IMG/VR virus record: IMGVR_UViG_3300020282_000006
Location: 1-44,725 of that record
Direction: 5' to 3' (one strand)
Source of the DNA: a virus
Lineage: Duplodnaviria; Caudoviricetes
DNA: 44,725 nucleotides
Shown: positions 18,066 through 26,854 of the stretch, one piece after another
How the letters are laid out: each line of letters opens with the position of its first letter
Position numbering within the stretch: position 1 is the first letter of the stretch
Notes under the pieces: generated by a model
Told to the model about the DNA's origin: nothing
The model's database searches: none
Seen by the model: the letters and a program-made list of their open reading frames with translations, nothing else
Position numbers and translations under genes: made by a program

Positions 18066-19985
18066 TTACCCAGCAACTTCGTCAAAAGAGACGCCAGTTC
18101 TAGTAGCGATGAATTGTAATGTGATAAAGTTGATACTTCTAGCAGGTTTCACAAAGATTTCTGCTATAAATTCGTTTCTATCAATTACTTCGCCTGTGTT
18201 ATTTGTTTCATCACAAACTACTAAAAAGTCTGTGATACCTCTTCTACCTTGTACTTCTCTTAAAAAAGGTTCTACAATGTTTCTAAAGTTCGCTCTTGTA
18301 AATTCATCATTGAATTCAAACAATTGGAATTTAGAAGCAGTTGCTATCGCCTTCTCTAAAGTGATGAACAATCTTCTTACGTTGATTCTATCAAAAGCAC
18401 TTGGAGCAGTTAATCCAGTTTTGTCACCGAAAAGAACCGTACCTTGACCTGGGAATGTTGACACAGGATTTACTCTTGCTCTGTACAATTCGTCTCTTTG
18501 AGCTTTAGTTGGATTAAACGCAAGTTTGACAGCGCCTCTTATGATACCTCTGCTGAAACCTGCCGGTGAAAACCAGCTGTCTGCAACGAGGTCAGTTCTA
18601 GCGGCCAGACCTGCAACGTCTCCGTTTAATGGTACAAAACGAAATACGTCAGAATATCTGTCGTACATATATTTGTAACCACTATCAAATACTACATAAG
18701 AAGATGATTGAATACCATTAAAGAATGATACAACATTGCTCTTTTGTGTATTTGCGTCAGCAACACCAACTACATCACTTCTTTCAGGACTTGCAAATAC
18801 AACAGCGTCTTTTCTGTTCTCTGCAATCGTGATTAAGTTACCAATGTGAGTTGCGTCACCTTTTCCTGCCATAATTAAACCAACATCTACCGTTTCGCCA
18901 TCTTCAAACTTCTCGTAAGCAGTTTTTCTTTGACCGATTGTAGCAGCTGTTCCGTTTGAACCACTTTGTAGTGATACATTAGATACAGAGGTTACATCCG
19001 TGAAAGTTGTTCCTGAAGCAGCAGAGCCCCAGTTAGAACCTGATGGATTGTGGTCCATCCAGTAAATGTAGTTAGAACCATTGTATATTACGTCTGAATA
19101 GTAGTTTACAGAACCTTGAGCAGTTTTAGCGTCTGAAGCTTTTGATACTGCTTCAAATTTTTCTAAAATGTCGCCTTTGGATCCTGAAATTTCTCCGTCT
19201 TCGTCAATTACTATAACGTGAAGTTCGTCATTAGAACCACCTTTTGCTTGTGCATATGGTGATGTTCCTGGCGCTCTGTCAAATTGGTCGTAATATTTCC
19301 ATCTTCGTCTTACTTGAGCACCATTTGTTGGAGCTGCGTGTAATCCAGAAGAGTCGGAAGTTGTAAAGTACATAGGTTCCTCTTTTCTAACGATATTTAA
19401 ATCATTAGTAGCAACACTAATTACTCTATATTCAAACTTGTCACCAAAGTTAACAATGTCTCCGGCTGTAATTCCTGTTGAAGAGGTAACGGTAACAACC
19501 GTATCTCCGACTGCCATAGCGGCGTCAGCGACGGTAGTTTTGTTTAACTCTTCGTAAGCAGTTGCTGATGGACAAGAAGAAATAGATAAACTATTTCCGT
19601 GTGCTCCAGCAGTTCTAGCTGCCCACATACCAACAGAAGCGGAACCGTCAGCATAGTTATTTTGGTAGTCAATAGTATTTTTAATTACAAACGCTGAACC
19701 TGATTCGGTTGCGTTTGATACAGATGAATTCTGTACACGTACTACTCTTAACGCATTAGAATATTGTAGGAAATTAGCAGCTGTAAAAAACTCTTCAAAG
19801 TTTGTATTGTCCGGTTTACCGAACGTGCTTACTAATTCTTGTTCACTTGATATACTTACTACTTCATCCAAAGGACCTTTGTTGAATTGTCCAGCAAAGG
19901 CACCGATTGAAGTTGAAACAGCAGGTATAATTCTTGTTAAGTCTTTTTCCTGTACGAGAACACCTGGTGATACTTGAAATGCCAT
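18066..19985 (-). CDS. gp18: Contractile tail sheath protein
   Basis: SPGVLVQEKD, WFSPAG, FDRINVRRLF, FEFNDEFTR. Confidence 0.97.
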   Translation of the reverse strand: MAFQVSPGVLVQEKDLTRIIPAVSTSIGAFAGQFNKGPLDEVVSISSEQELVSTFGKPDNTNFEEFFTAANFLQYSNALRVVRVQNSSVSNATESGSAFVIKNTIDYQNNYADGSASVGMWAARTAGAHGNSLSISSCPSATAYEELNKTTVADAAMAVGDTVVTVTSSTGITAGDIVNFGDKFEYRVISVATNDLNIVRKEEPMYFTTSDSSGLHAAPTNGAQVRRRWKYYDQFDRAPGTSPYAQAKGGSNDELHVIVIDEDGEISGSKGDILEKFEAVSKASDAKTAQGSVNYYSDVIYNGSNYIYWMDHNPSGSNWGSAASGTTFTDVTSVSNVSLQSGSNGTAATIGQRKTAYEKFEDGETVDVGLIMAGKGDATHIGNLITIAENRKDAVVFASPERSDVVGVADANTQKSNVVSFFNGIQSSSYVVFDSGYKYMYDRYSDVFRFVPLNGDVAGLAARTDLVADSWFSPAGFSRGIIRGAVKLAFNPTKAQRDELYRARVNPVSTFPGQGTVLFGDKTGLTAPSAFDRINVRRLFITLEKAIATASKFQLFEFNDEFTRANFRNIVEPFLREVQGRRGITDFLVVCDETNNTGEVIDRNEFIAEIFVKPARSINFITLQFIATRTGVSFDEVAG

Positions 19986-20082
19986 TAGGGTTTCTCCTTC
20001 TTAATTTGCAAATTATTTTTACTCATTTTATTCAATACTCGTATTATTCATACGCCCATAGTCAAATTTCATACTCTACTGA

Positions 20083-20090
20083 TATTTATA
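20083..20090 (-). promoter_or_regulatory. T4-type late promoter (gp18-gp19)
   Basis: TATAAATA. Confidence 0.85.
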
Positions 20091-20103
20091 ATAAGCTCGG
20101 TTT

Positions 20104-21735
20104 CTAGTTGCCTTTACGTGTAACCGGATGCCAAACCGTGCCATATTCGTCTATTTCGGGCTTTTCGTGGTCAGGAATACCATCATCTACGAAACCGAAA
20201 GGCGACATATCTTGCTCAATCAGATTTTGTTGTTCTTCATATAGTTGTTGTCTGGCGTTTGTATCTGTCATCTCCTTGAAAAAAGTTTGATTAGATAACC
20301 AACCAAACACCACTAGACACATCATTAAATCGTCTGTACAACCCTCTTCAGCCATCCAACTCTGACCTTTTTTAATAAAAGTTGACATCTCCTCAATGAT
20401 ATTAAAATCGTTTACTAGTATCTTATCACTCTCAATAAGTGTCTTGATATTAGAACAACCTATTTTTTTAATCTGTTTAGTCATTCTCACACCAAAACCA
20501 GAACCTCTACCACTAAATCCAGCACCTAGTATTTGACCTGCACGACCTCTTTGAGTTGTCATCAATAGATTATCATACTCTAATTCAAATTGTAGAGACT
20601 CTGCAATTTGTTGACCAAGGTCATTTGTCTCTACTAAAACGTGTGCGTGATTATATGCCTTACATACTCTATCTATTGTATGAGGAAATAAAATAGGTTT
20701 TACATCATTACTTCTATATTTGGCCACCACTTTATAAGGCATTTGTGAAACGTCTGTAATTATAAAAGCAGAGTAATCTTTATTAACACCTCTAGCTACG
20801 TCAACCGTACAAACATAAGTGGCACCTTTTTTAGGGTCTTCATAAACATCTAAACCAGCATTTGATTTTATTGGTGTTTTAAATACTATGTTTTTTATTT
20901 TAGCAGGACTAATTAGTGTGTTTACAGAACCTAAAAACTCACACTCAAACTCTTGTTGAAATTGCTCAGGTGATGTATTTCTAATAGTATCTTCTTTCCA
21001 CTTTTCATCACGACCTGGCACCTCTGACCAATGCACCTCAATAGGCACATAATCGTTTCTTTTATTTTCTGCGTCTGTCCATAATTTGTAAAATTGATTC
21101 ATACCATAAGGTGTTGATACGATAACTAATTTTGTTTTAGTACCAGAGGAGATTGTAGGATATACAGAGCTAAAAAACATTTCTGCTATATTAGCAGGTA
21201 CGAAAGCAAACTCGTCTAGGAATATTATATTATAAGAACCACCTCGTATTGCACTTGAAGAAGTTGCAGCCGCCACTATGGTTGATTTATTTTCTAATTC
21301 AATATTACCTTTGTTCCAGTTTATTACACCTTGTTGTAACCACTTTGGTAAATTTTCATATGCTAATTGTACTCTACTTAATATATCTCTAGCAGTTGTA
21401 GATTTATTGGCAAGTATGGCAATATTAGAATTAGGATTAAATAATGCATAATGTAAAAGATAAGAAACCACGGTAGTTGATTTACCTGATTGTCTTGGCA
21501 GTTTACATATGGTGAATCTGTTATCGTGAATTGTATTGACAATATGTTCTTGAAACTTATACATTCTAAAAGGTATAAGTCCTTCGTCAAGAGAAACTAT
21601 TTGAATATAGTTTTTCATAAAGTAGATAGGGTCATCTTGACACTTTTGATATTCTACAATCTGGTCTTTAGTAAACTCAACAGGTGTATTTACTTTTTTT
21701 AAATTCGGATTACCTAGATATGCGTCATTACTCAT
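20104..21735 (-). CDS. gp17: Terminase large subunit
   Basis: YLGNPNLKK, PRQSGKST, IIFLDEFAF, DVARG, DDLMM. Confidence 0.97.
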   Translation of the reverse strand: MSNDAYLGNPNLKKVNTPVEFTKDQIVEYQKCQDDPIYFMKNYIQIVSLDEGLIPFRMYKFQEHIVNTIHDNRFTICKLPRQSGKSTTVVSYLLHYALFNPNSNIAILANKSTTARDILSRVQLAYENLPKWLQQGVINWNKGNIELENKSTIVAAATSSSAIRGGSYNIIFLDEFAFVPANIAEMFFSSVYPTISSGTKTKLVIVSTPYGMNQFYKLWTDAENKRNDYVPIEVHWSEVPGRDEKWKEDTIRNTSPEQFQQEFECEFLGSVNTLISPAKIKNIVFKTPIKSNAGLDVYEDPKKGATYVCTVDVARGVNKDYSAFIITDVSQMPYKVVAKYRSNDVKPILFPHTIDRVCKAYNHAHVLVETNDLGQQIAESLQFELEYDNLLMTTQRGRAGQILGAGFSGRGSGFGVRMTKQIKKIGCSNIKTLIESDKILVNDFNIIEEMSTFIKKGQSWMAEEGCTDDLMMCLVVFGWLSNQTFFKEMTDTNARQQLYEEQQNLIEQDMSPFGFVDDGIPDHEKPEIDEYGTVWHPVTRKGN

Positions 21736-22015
21736 TTATAATTATTCCCTCTATATGTGTATAACCTAGTTTTAATGCGGCTTGAATTCGTTGCGAGCCA
21801 CGCCAAACAGAATATTGTTTTTCTGCGTAAGGTACACCACCTACACCTTTTCTTGGTTGCAAAGATATTGTATGTTTTTTTACTTCTATTGGATTTTGCA
21901 ACTCTTCACCACTTAATAACTCTGGTAAAGGTGTCATTGATTTGATATAATGGATTTTACTTATCTCCAGTATTATCTTTTTGTGGTTGTCCGCTTTCGC
22001 CTTCAATAATTTCAT
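21728..22015 (-). CDS. Small ParB/Srx-like N-terminal domain protein
   Basis: NPIEV...GSQRIQAALKLGYTHI motif. Confidence 0.55.
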   Translation of the reverse strand: MKLLKAKADNHKKIILEISKIHYIKSMTPLPELLSGEELQNPIEVKKHTISLQPRKGVGGVPYAEKQYSVWRGSQRIQAALKLGYTHIEGIIINE

Positions 22016-22433
22016 CTTCTTTTTTTCTATTTAACATCTTTTGTAATTCTGCTGTAGAACCTACAAACAATGCATTTTTAATATTAGCATTTGTTTTATT
22101 AGGTACTTGTTTTAAATCTTTTAGTTTCTTTTGTAAGTCTTGTAGTTTGTCTACCGTTTGTGCAACTTGACCTATTAATTGACCTGCAACTTCATATGCT
22201 CTAGGGTGTTGGCCTTCTTTTGCAATTTCTAATATACCTTCAATTGCTTCGTTGCCTTTATCAATAAGATTGTAATAATTATCTCTACTATGAGAGTAAT
22301 CATTATCAACATCATCTTTTGTTTCATCAATTTTTCTAGGCACAGGTGCTGGTTGTTCAAAGTCTTTAACAGCAACCTCTGTTTTTTTCTCAATGCCTAA
22401 AATTTCATTTACGTTGTCTTCAAGTTTACTCAT
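21957..22433 (-). CDS. gp16: Terminase small subunit
   Basis: DY.HSRDNYY.LI, HPRAYEVAGQLI, NALFVGSTAELQK. Start moved to ATG 22433, which overlaps the 3' end of gp15. Confidence 0.92.
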   Translation of the reverse strand: MSKLEDNVNEILGIEKKTEVAVKDFEQPAPVPRKIDETKDDVDNDYSHSRDNYYNLIDKGNEAIEGILEIAKEGQHPRAYEVAGQLIGQVAQTVDKLQDLQKKLKDLKQVPNKTNANIKNALFVGSTAELQKMLNRKKEDEIIEGESGQPQKDNTGDK

Positions 22434-23232
22434 CTGTATCTGTCTTCGGATTATATTTCTTACCATCACTAAAACTTAAAATTTGTGTAGTGAAACCAAA
22501 ATCATCATCAGCGTCTGCATTTGCTGGATTAGGAGTAATTATAATCCTTTCCTCTCTAGCTTTATTTGTTGTGTCTGTATCAGAATATAAATCATCTTGT
22601 ACTTCTTTAATAACTTTTTGATTCGTCATAGGTCCGAATAGATATGTTTTTGCCGTAAAGTTTAATGTATATATAACTGCTCTTCGTGTTGTAAAATTAC
22701 CATCATAACTATCTTCATAATTAACACCATTTAATATAATAGGTACGTCTCTCTTAATACCTAAATCTGGCACCATATTAATAGTTACCGTGTATTCAGG
22801 TTGGAAGAATGGTAAAATTTGTTCAACAATAATTAATCCGTTCTCTGCTGTAGCTGTGAAAATGTTAAGGGTATAATTTACGTTATACGGCACAGGAGTG
22901 TAATTAAAGTTTAAAACTTTACCATCTTCCCCACTTTTTACCTGCCTGAATTTTTGCAATTTATTTAATTTCCTACTAGGGTCATAATTTAGTCCTGTCA
23001 TTTCAAAACCCATTCTAGGTAGTGTAATTGCAAATTCTCTGCTAGATAAATTTGATTGTTCGTCTAATCTTACTAAAAATTTTTCTTTTGGTGCATATGC
23101 TAAAGGCACTCTATATCTTTTGGTAACAGCACCAGTTTTAGATTTATTTTGCACTATGACATTATTAAACAATTGACCAAAAGCAATTGTTAGTCGTCTA
23201 ATACCCTCGTTATAAAAGTGTGTTCCAAACAT
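22426..23232 (-). CDS. gp15: Tail sheath stabilizer / completion protein
   Basis: FGQLFNN, VPLAYAPKEKF, EQILPFFQP. Confidence 0.95.
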   Translation of the reverse strand: MFGTHFYNEGIRRLTIAFGQLFNNVIVQNKSKTGAVTKRYRVPLAYAPKEKFLVRLDEQSNLSSREFAITLPRMGFEMTGLNYDPSRKLNKLQKFRQVKSGEDGKVLNFNYTPVPYNVNYTLNIFTATAENGLIIVEQILPFFQPEYTVTINMVPDLGIKRDVPIILNGVNYEDSYDGNFTTRRAVIYTLNFTAKTYLFGPMTNQKVIKEVQDDLYSDTDTTNKAREERIIITPNPANADADDDFGFTTQILSFSDGKKYNPKTDTDE

Positions 23233-24053
23233 TATTCGTCAATTTCTCCAAATGGGTTTCTTTCAGTAAAGTCAAGTATGTCATCTGCTGTTGAAGCTGT
23301 ATCATAACCTGCCTCTGTATTCATATCTAAATTACTTGCATATGGTGATTGAGTTGCTATTGTATCTGTACCATCAAAAGTCTCTAACATTAATAATGCC
23401 TTTTGACCTGTTGGATAATCAAATACATCTTCTAATTCAATTGAACCATCACCTGTTAATGCAACTTGACCACTCTCTAAACCAACTTTGTGATTTAAAG
23501 TATTTAATGAATACTTATCTTCGGCTTGGTCTAGTATTTCTTGACCAGTATTAATCTCTTCATTAGCATATTCAAATCTAGTTACCCTCAATTTGTAAAC
23601 AGGTAAATTACCTAATTGAAAGAATGGCTCCTGGTCTTCAACAAATTGTATTTCAAAAAATGAATTCATCAAAGGCAGATAAATTATATCGCCTTCATTA
23701 GGTCTGCCTACTGCAATTAAATTTGCCTTACTAGCAACGTGTTGTTCAAATCTACGTTTAGAAACAACTAGTGTTGTATCTTCTCTAATTTCTAAACCAA
23801 ACTTATTAATTAACTCTTGTTCACCAGCAAATCCCTCTTGCGTTTCAAAATACATTTCAATCATATACGAGTCATCAAAACGACTTGTCGTATCTTCCCC
23901 CATAACGAGGTCTCTGTTTACTAGTGTTCTTGGTAGATAATATACGTCTTGACCGTATATCTTTAATCCTTCTATGATAAGGTCTTCGTGTAATCTTTTC
24001 TCAGCAGTATTGCCAATCCCTCTGCCACCTTGAAAGTAATGGTTGATTGCCAT
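23232..24053 (-). CDS. gp14: Neck protein
   Basis: YGQDVYYLPR, KFGLEIR, RPNEGDIIY, PFFQLG. Confidence 0.95.
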   Translation of the reverse strand: MAINHYFQGGRGIGNTAEKRLHEDLIIEGLKIYGQDVYYLPRTLVNRDLVMGEDTTSRFDDSYMIEMYFETQEGFAGEQELINKFGLEIREDTTLVVSKRRFEQHVASKANLIAVGRPNEGDIIYLPLMNSFFEIQFVEDQEPFFQLGNLPVYKLRVTRFEYANEEINTGQEILDQAEDKYSLNTLNHKVGLESGQVALTGDGSIELEDVFDYPTGQKALLMLETFDGTDTIATQSPYASNLDMNTEAGYDTASTADDILDFTERNPFGEIDE

Positions 24054-24059
24054 AATTTT

Positions 24060-24866
24060 TTACCCTATCATTATAGCTGGATTTAATTCGTAAGTTGTTC
24101 TAATCTCTTGTTCTAATTTTTCAATGTCTTGCATTGCTTCTTGGAAAATTTGTTGGCCGTTTAAGGTTACACCACCTATCATTTGAACACCACCAAATTT
24201 AGATAAATTAGCGCCCCATTGTTTTTTAAATAAAGCGGTCACATATCTCTTTAAAAATATATCATTAAAAACATCTGTATTATTTGAGGGGTCTAACTTT
24301 CTATATGCCTCTATTACTAAAAATTCATCAATCGCTAAATCATTTTTCCAATCCATATCAATGTATAATCTATTTTCGTGTTGATTAAATCTCATAGGTT
24401 TTTCACCGACTAATATGTGGTCTAAAAAATCTAAATGTCTTAATACAACATCATAATTAATTACTGAAGTTGATGAGAAGTCATATAGGTCATTTAATCT
24501 TAATTGATATCTAACATCAAATAAATTTAGATTACCTTTGTTTGAGAACGGAAATATATTAATTATTGAAATTATTGAACTAGGTATTACTAAAAAATTA
24601 TTACCCTCTTTCCAGCTTGTGGTTACAGAACCTTGAGTTGCCGATTCAGTAGAATCACCTGTCATTCTATCTTTATCTGCTTGAGTGTATTTGTATTTTA
24701 AATATGTTCTCTTAACACCATCATAATGGTATTGAGTAAAATATTGTAATGCCTCGTCAATTCTATCTTCAAGTTGGTCATCATCTACGTTAATCTCAAT
24801 AACAGGCTTACCTAATGCTCTTAAAGCATATTGTTTTAAATTTTCTCTGCTTGCTGGTTCTGCCAT
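24060..24866 (-). CDS. gp13: Neck protein
   Basis: LRALGKPVIEINVDDDQ, KKQWGANLSKF, GGVTLNG. Confidence 0.95.
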   Translation of the reverse strand: MAEPASRENLKQYALRALGKPVIEINVDDDQLEDRIDEALQYFTQYHYDGVKRTYLKYKYTQADKDRMTGDSTESATQGSVTTSWKEGNNFLVIPSSIISIINIFPFSNKGNLNLFDVRYQLRLNDLYDFSSTSVINYDVVLRHLDFLDHILVGEKPMRFNQHENRLYIDMDWKNDLAIDEFLVIEAYRKLDPSNNTDVFNDIFLKRYVTALFKKQWGANLSKFGGVQMIGGVTLNGQQIFQEAMQDIEKLEQEIRTTYELNPAIMIG

Positions 24867-24887
24867 TTTTTATACCCTTTTCTGGTA

Positions 24888-24895
24888 TATTTATA
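24888..24895 (-). promoter_or_regulatory. T4-type late promoter (gp13-gp17)
   Basis: TATAAATA. Confidence 0.85.
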
Positions 24896-24902
24896 ATAGT
24901 TA

Positions 24903-25607
24903 TTACAGATAGGGTTGGTTTTCTGAAACAAACGGAAATAGGTTGTCCGAGCAGAATAATTTGATGTCTTCTTCAGGTAAACCAAGTGATTGCATAACTC
25001 TAGGCGTATGAGGATTCTTTTGTTGATGTTCAGAATAGTAATTTTGCGCCTTAATTACTTCTTTCATATCTGCCTCGCCTTCGTGATTTCTAATCTTATC
25101 AATATAATTATTTAAATTAGAAACTGCCATTGTACAAATCTTATTTAATTCTTCTTCTTCTCTTACATTGCCAGCGGCTATCATACCTCCCGAAAAGATA
25201 GCCTTCGCCCAATCTGGCAATTCTCTCTCTTTACTCGGTTTGTACCATTTATTTTCTTCTATAAACCATTTTGTCAATGGGTGGTCTTTTTGTAATAAAG
25301 GACTAAAATCGTGAAAAGCACCTGTTACCTTTTTTTCACCTGCGATAATATCAAAACCATAAATTGGTCCACCATTTGTTAACATAGGAAATAAACATAG
25401 ATGAGCCATCCAGAGACCTTTAGATTCTCTGACATCAACAACATCTAAATGAGCACGTCTAATATATCTGTTATTCCAGGTTCTATTGACCCAACCTAAT
25501 TTTTCATTGTTGAATCTTTCCATACCTGGCTCATTATATTCAATTAGATTTTTATTTAAGACTTCAATAGTCTCATCTTTCCACTTAATAAGTCTTTCCC
25601 AAATCAT
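24903..25607 (-). CDS. pcyX: Ferredoxin-dependent bilin reductase, phage PcyX type
   Basis: RRAHLDVVD, PIYGFDIIAG, GAFHDFSP, RELPDWAKAIFS, QQKNPHTPR. Start set at MIWERL (AAGGA SD). Confidence 0.88.
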   Translation of the reverse strand: MIWERLIKWKDETIEVLNKNLIEYNEPGMERFNNEKLGWVNRTWNNRYIRRAHLDVVDVRESKGLWMAHLCLFPMLTNGGPIYGFDIIAGEKKVTGAFHDFSPLLQKDHPLTKWFIEENKWYKPSKERELPDWAKAIFSGGMIAAGNVREEEELNKICTMAVSNLNNYIDKIRNHEGEADMKEVIKAQNYYSEHQQKNPHTPRVMQSLGLPEEDIKLFCSDNLFPFVSENQPYL

Positions 25608-26175
25608 ACATTTCCTTAAATAGTTTTGTTGCACTTTCAAAGCAAAAGATTGCTTCTGGCAATACGTTTATTTCATACACATTTAAATAACTTTCAATTC
25701 TTTCTTTTACAATTCTTTTATATTCTTTGTGTTCGCCGTGTTTAAAGATATAATATCTATTAGGTCCAGGCGTTTTTCTTTTTATCATTTGACCACCAGA
25801 CAAATCACCTAAATGTCTAACATATACGTGAGCATATAATTTTTCATTTTCACCTCTAATGGTTTCTAAATGTTTTATATATTCTTTTGTACTTTCTGTC
25901 TGAACAGGTGGATTGTTTGTATCTCCCCATAATGCTTTGTAATCATAAAATATATGAGGTGCTCTTGGTAGATTTTTAGTATCGTGAAATAAAGAACTCT
26001 CTAAACAATACTCTTCTAGCTTACCATAACATAATAATTGATTGTACAGATAAGTTGCATATAATTTTTCATTAATCTCGCCTGATAAAAGTATCTTGAC
26101 GAACTGCTGTCTCTCTGCGTTCTTATGATATTCCCAAGTTAACTCGGTAATTCTATATTTCTTCTCTTGTTCCAT
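25585..26175 (-). CDS. hemO: Heme oxygenase
   Basis: T.EYHKNAE (proximal His17) and AHVYVRHLGDLSGGQMI distal helix; adjacent to pcyX. Confidence 0.92.
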   Translation of the reverse strand: MEQEKKYRITELTWEYHKNAERQQFVKILLSGEINEKLYATYLYNQLLCYGKLEEYCLESSLFHDTKNLPRAPHIFYDYKALWGDTNNPPVQTESTKEYIKHLETIRGENEKLYAHVYVRHLGDLSGGQMIKRKTPGPNRYYIFKHGEHKEYKRIVKERIESYLNVYEINVLPEAIFCFESATKLFKEMYDLGKTY

Positions 26176-26809
26176 CTTCGTTTATCTGATATCCTTCTTT
26201 CCAACTTTCAATCATTTTTCCTGATTCTTTTAGTCGCCATTCTCCCATTCTCATAGTATCTTTAAATACATCTGGTGTAGCAATAACAAAATCTGATACA
26301 TTTACAATTGCACTTACAACAATTATTTGAGCCTTTTTAAATTTTTTAGGGTCATATTTAAATAAGGGTGTAGCAAATGCTTTTATATCTTCATCAACAT
26401 TTAACAATTGAGAAAACATTGATAACATTGTAATATAGACCACTTGTAAATCAAAAAAATCTTTACCCTTATAGAGGTCGTAATTGTTTATACCATAAAA
26501 ATTAAAGTATTCTCCTATAAAAGAAAAACCATCTAATTGAGTTGGTATTTTTGCGTGAGCGGGAGCACCTCCTATTTCAGGTGCTAAATCATATGGCCAT
26601 TTATCTTTCCATAATTTAAAAATTTCAGGACCTTGATTTAAATGTTCAAAGTCAATCTCATCCATAAATCCTTCAAGTCTATCAATATAAGTCCATACAT
26701 TCCACCAGTATGTGGCTTGTTGTTCTTTAGGATAAATTGAAGTGTCTTTAAAATCAGTAAAGATTTTATGATTCTTAAATTTTTTGAGGTTTAAATTTGT
26801 TTTATACAT
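26153..26809 (-). CDS. Hypothetical protein; probable degenerate heme-oxygenase-fold paralog
   Basis: Manual alignment to neighbouring HemO (ATY..N.......LE, L...P.IF...K..W, VY...L...S.Q). Lacks the proximal His and the GG motif. Confidence 0.6.
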   Translation of the reverse strand: MYKTNLNLKKFKNHKIFTDFKDTSIYPKEQQATYWWNVWTYIDRLEGFMDEIDFEHLNQGPEIFKLWKDKWPYDLAPEIGGAPAHAKIPTQLDGFSFIGEYFNFYGINNYDLYKGKDFFDLQVVYITMLSMFSQLLNVDEDIKAFATPLFKYDPKKFKKAQIIVVSAIVNVSDFVIATPDVFKDTMRMGEWRLKESGKMIESWKEGYQINEDGTREEI

Positions 26810-26835
26810 TTCAACTCACTTTGTTAATAATAAAA

Positions 26836-26854
26836 TACTTATATAGTATTTATT
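26836..26854 (-). promoter_or_regulatory. Late-promoter-like elements upstream of the bilin cassette
   Basis: AATAAATA (26847-26854) and TATAAGTA (26836-26843) within an AT-rich imperfect inverted repeat. Confidence 0.5.

Noticed and set aside
22434-22469. Longer gp16 start in the ORF track
   Set aside because: ATG 22433, overlapping the end of gp15, is more parsimonious.
25608-25640. Longer pcyX start in the ORF track
   Set aside because: ATG 25607 has an AAGGA SD and gives the MIWERL N-terminus expected for PcyX.
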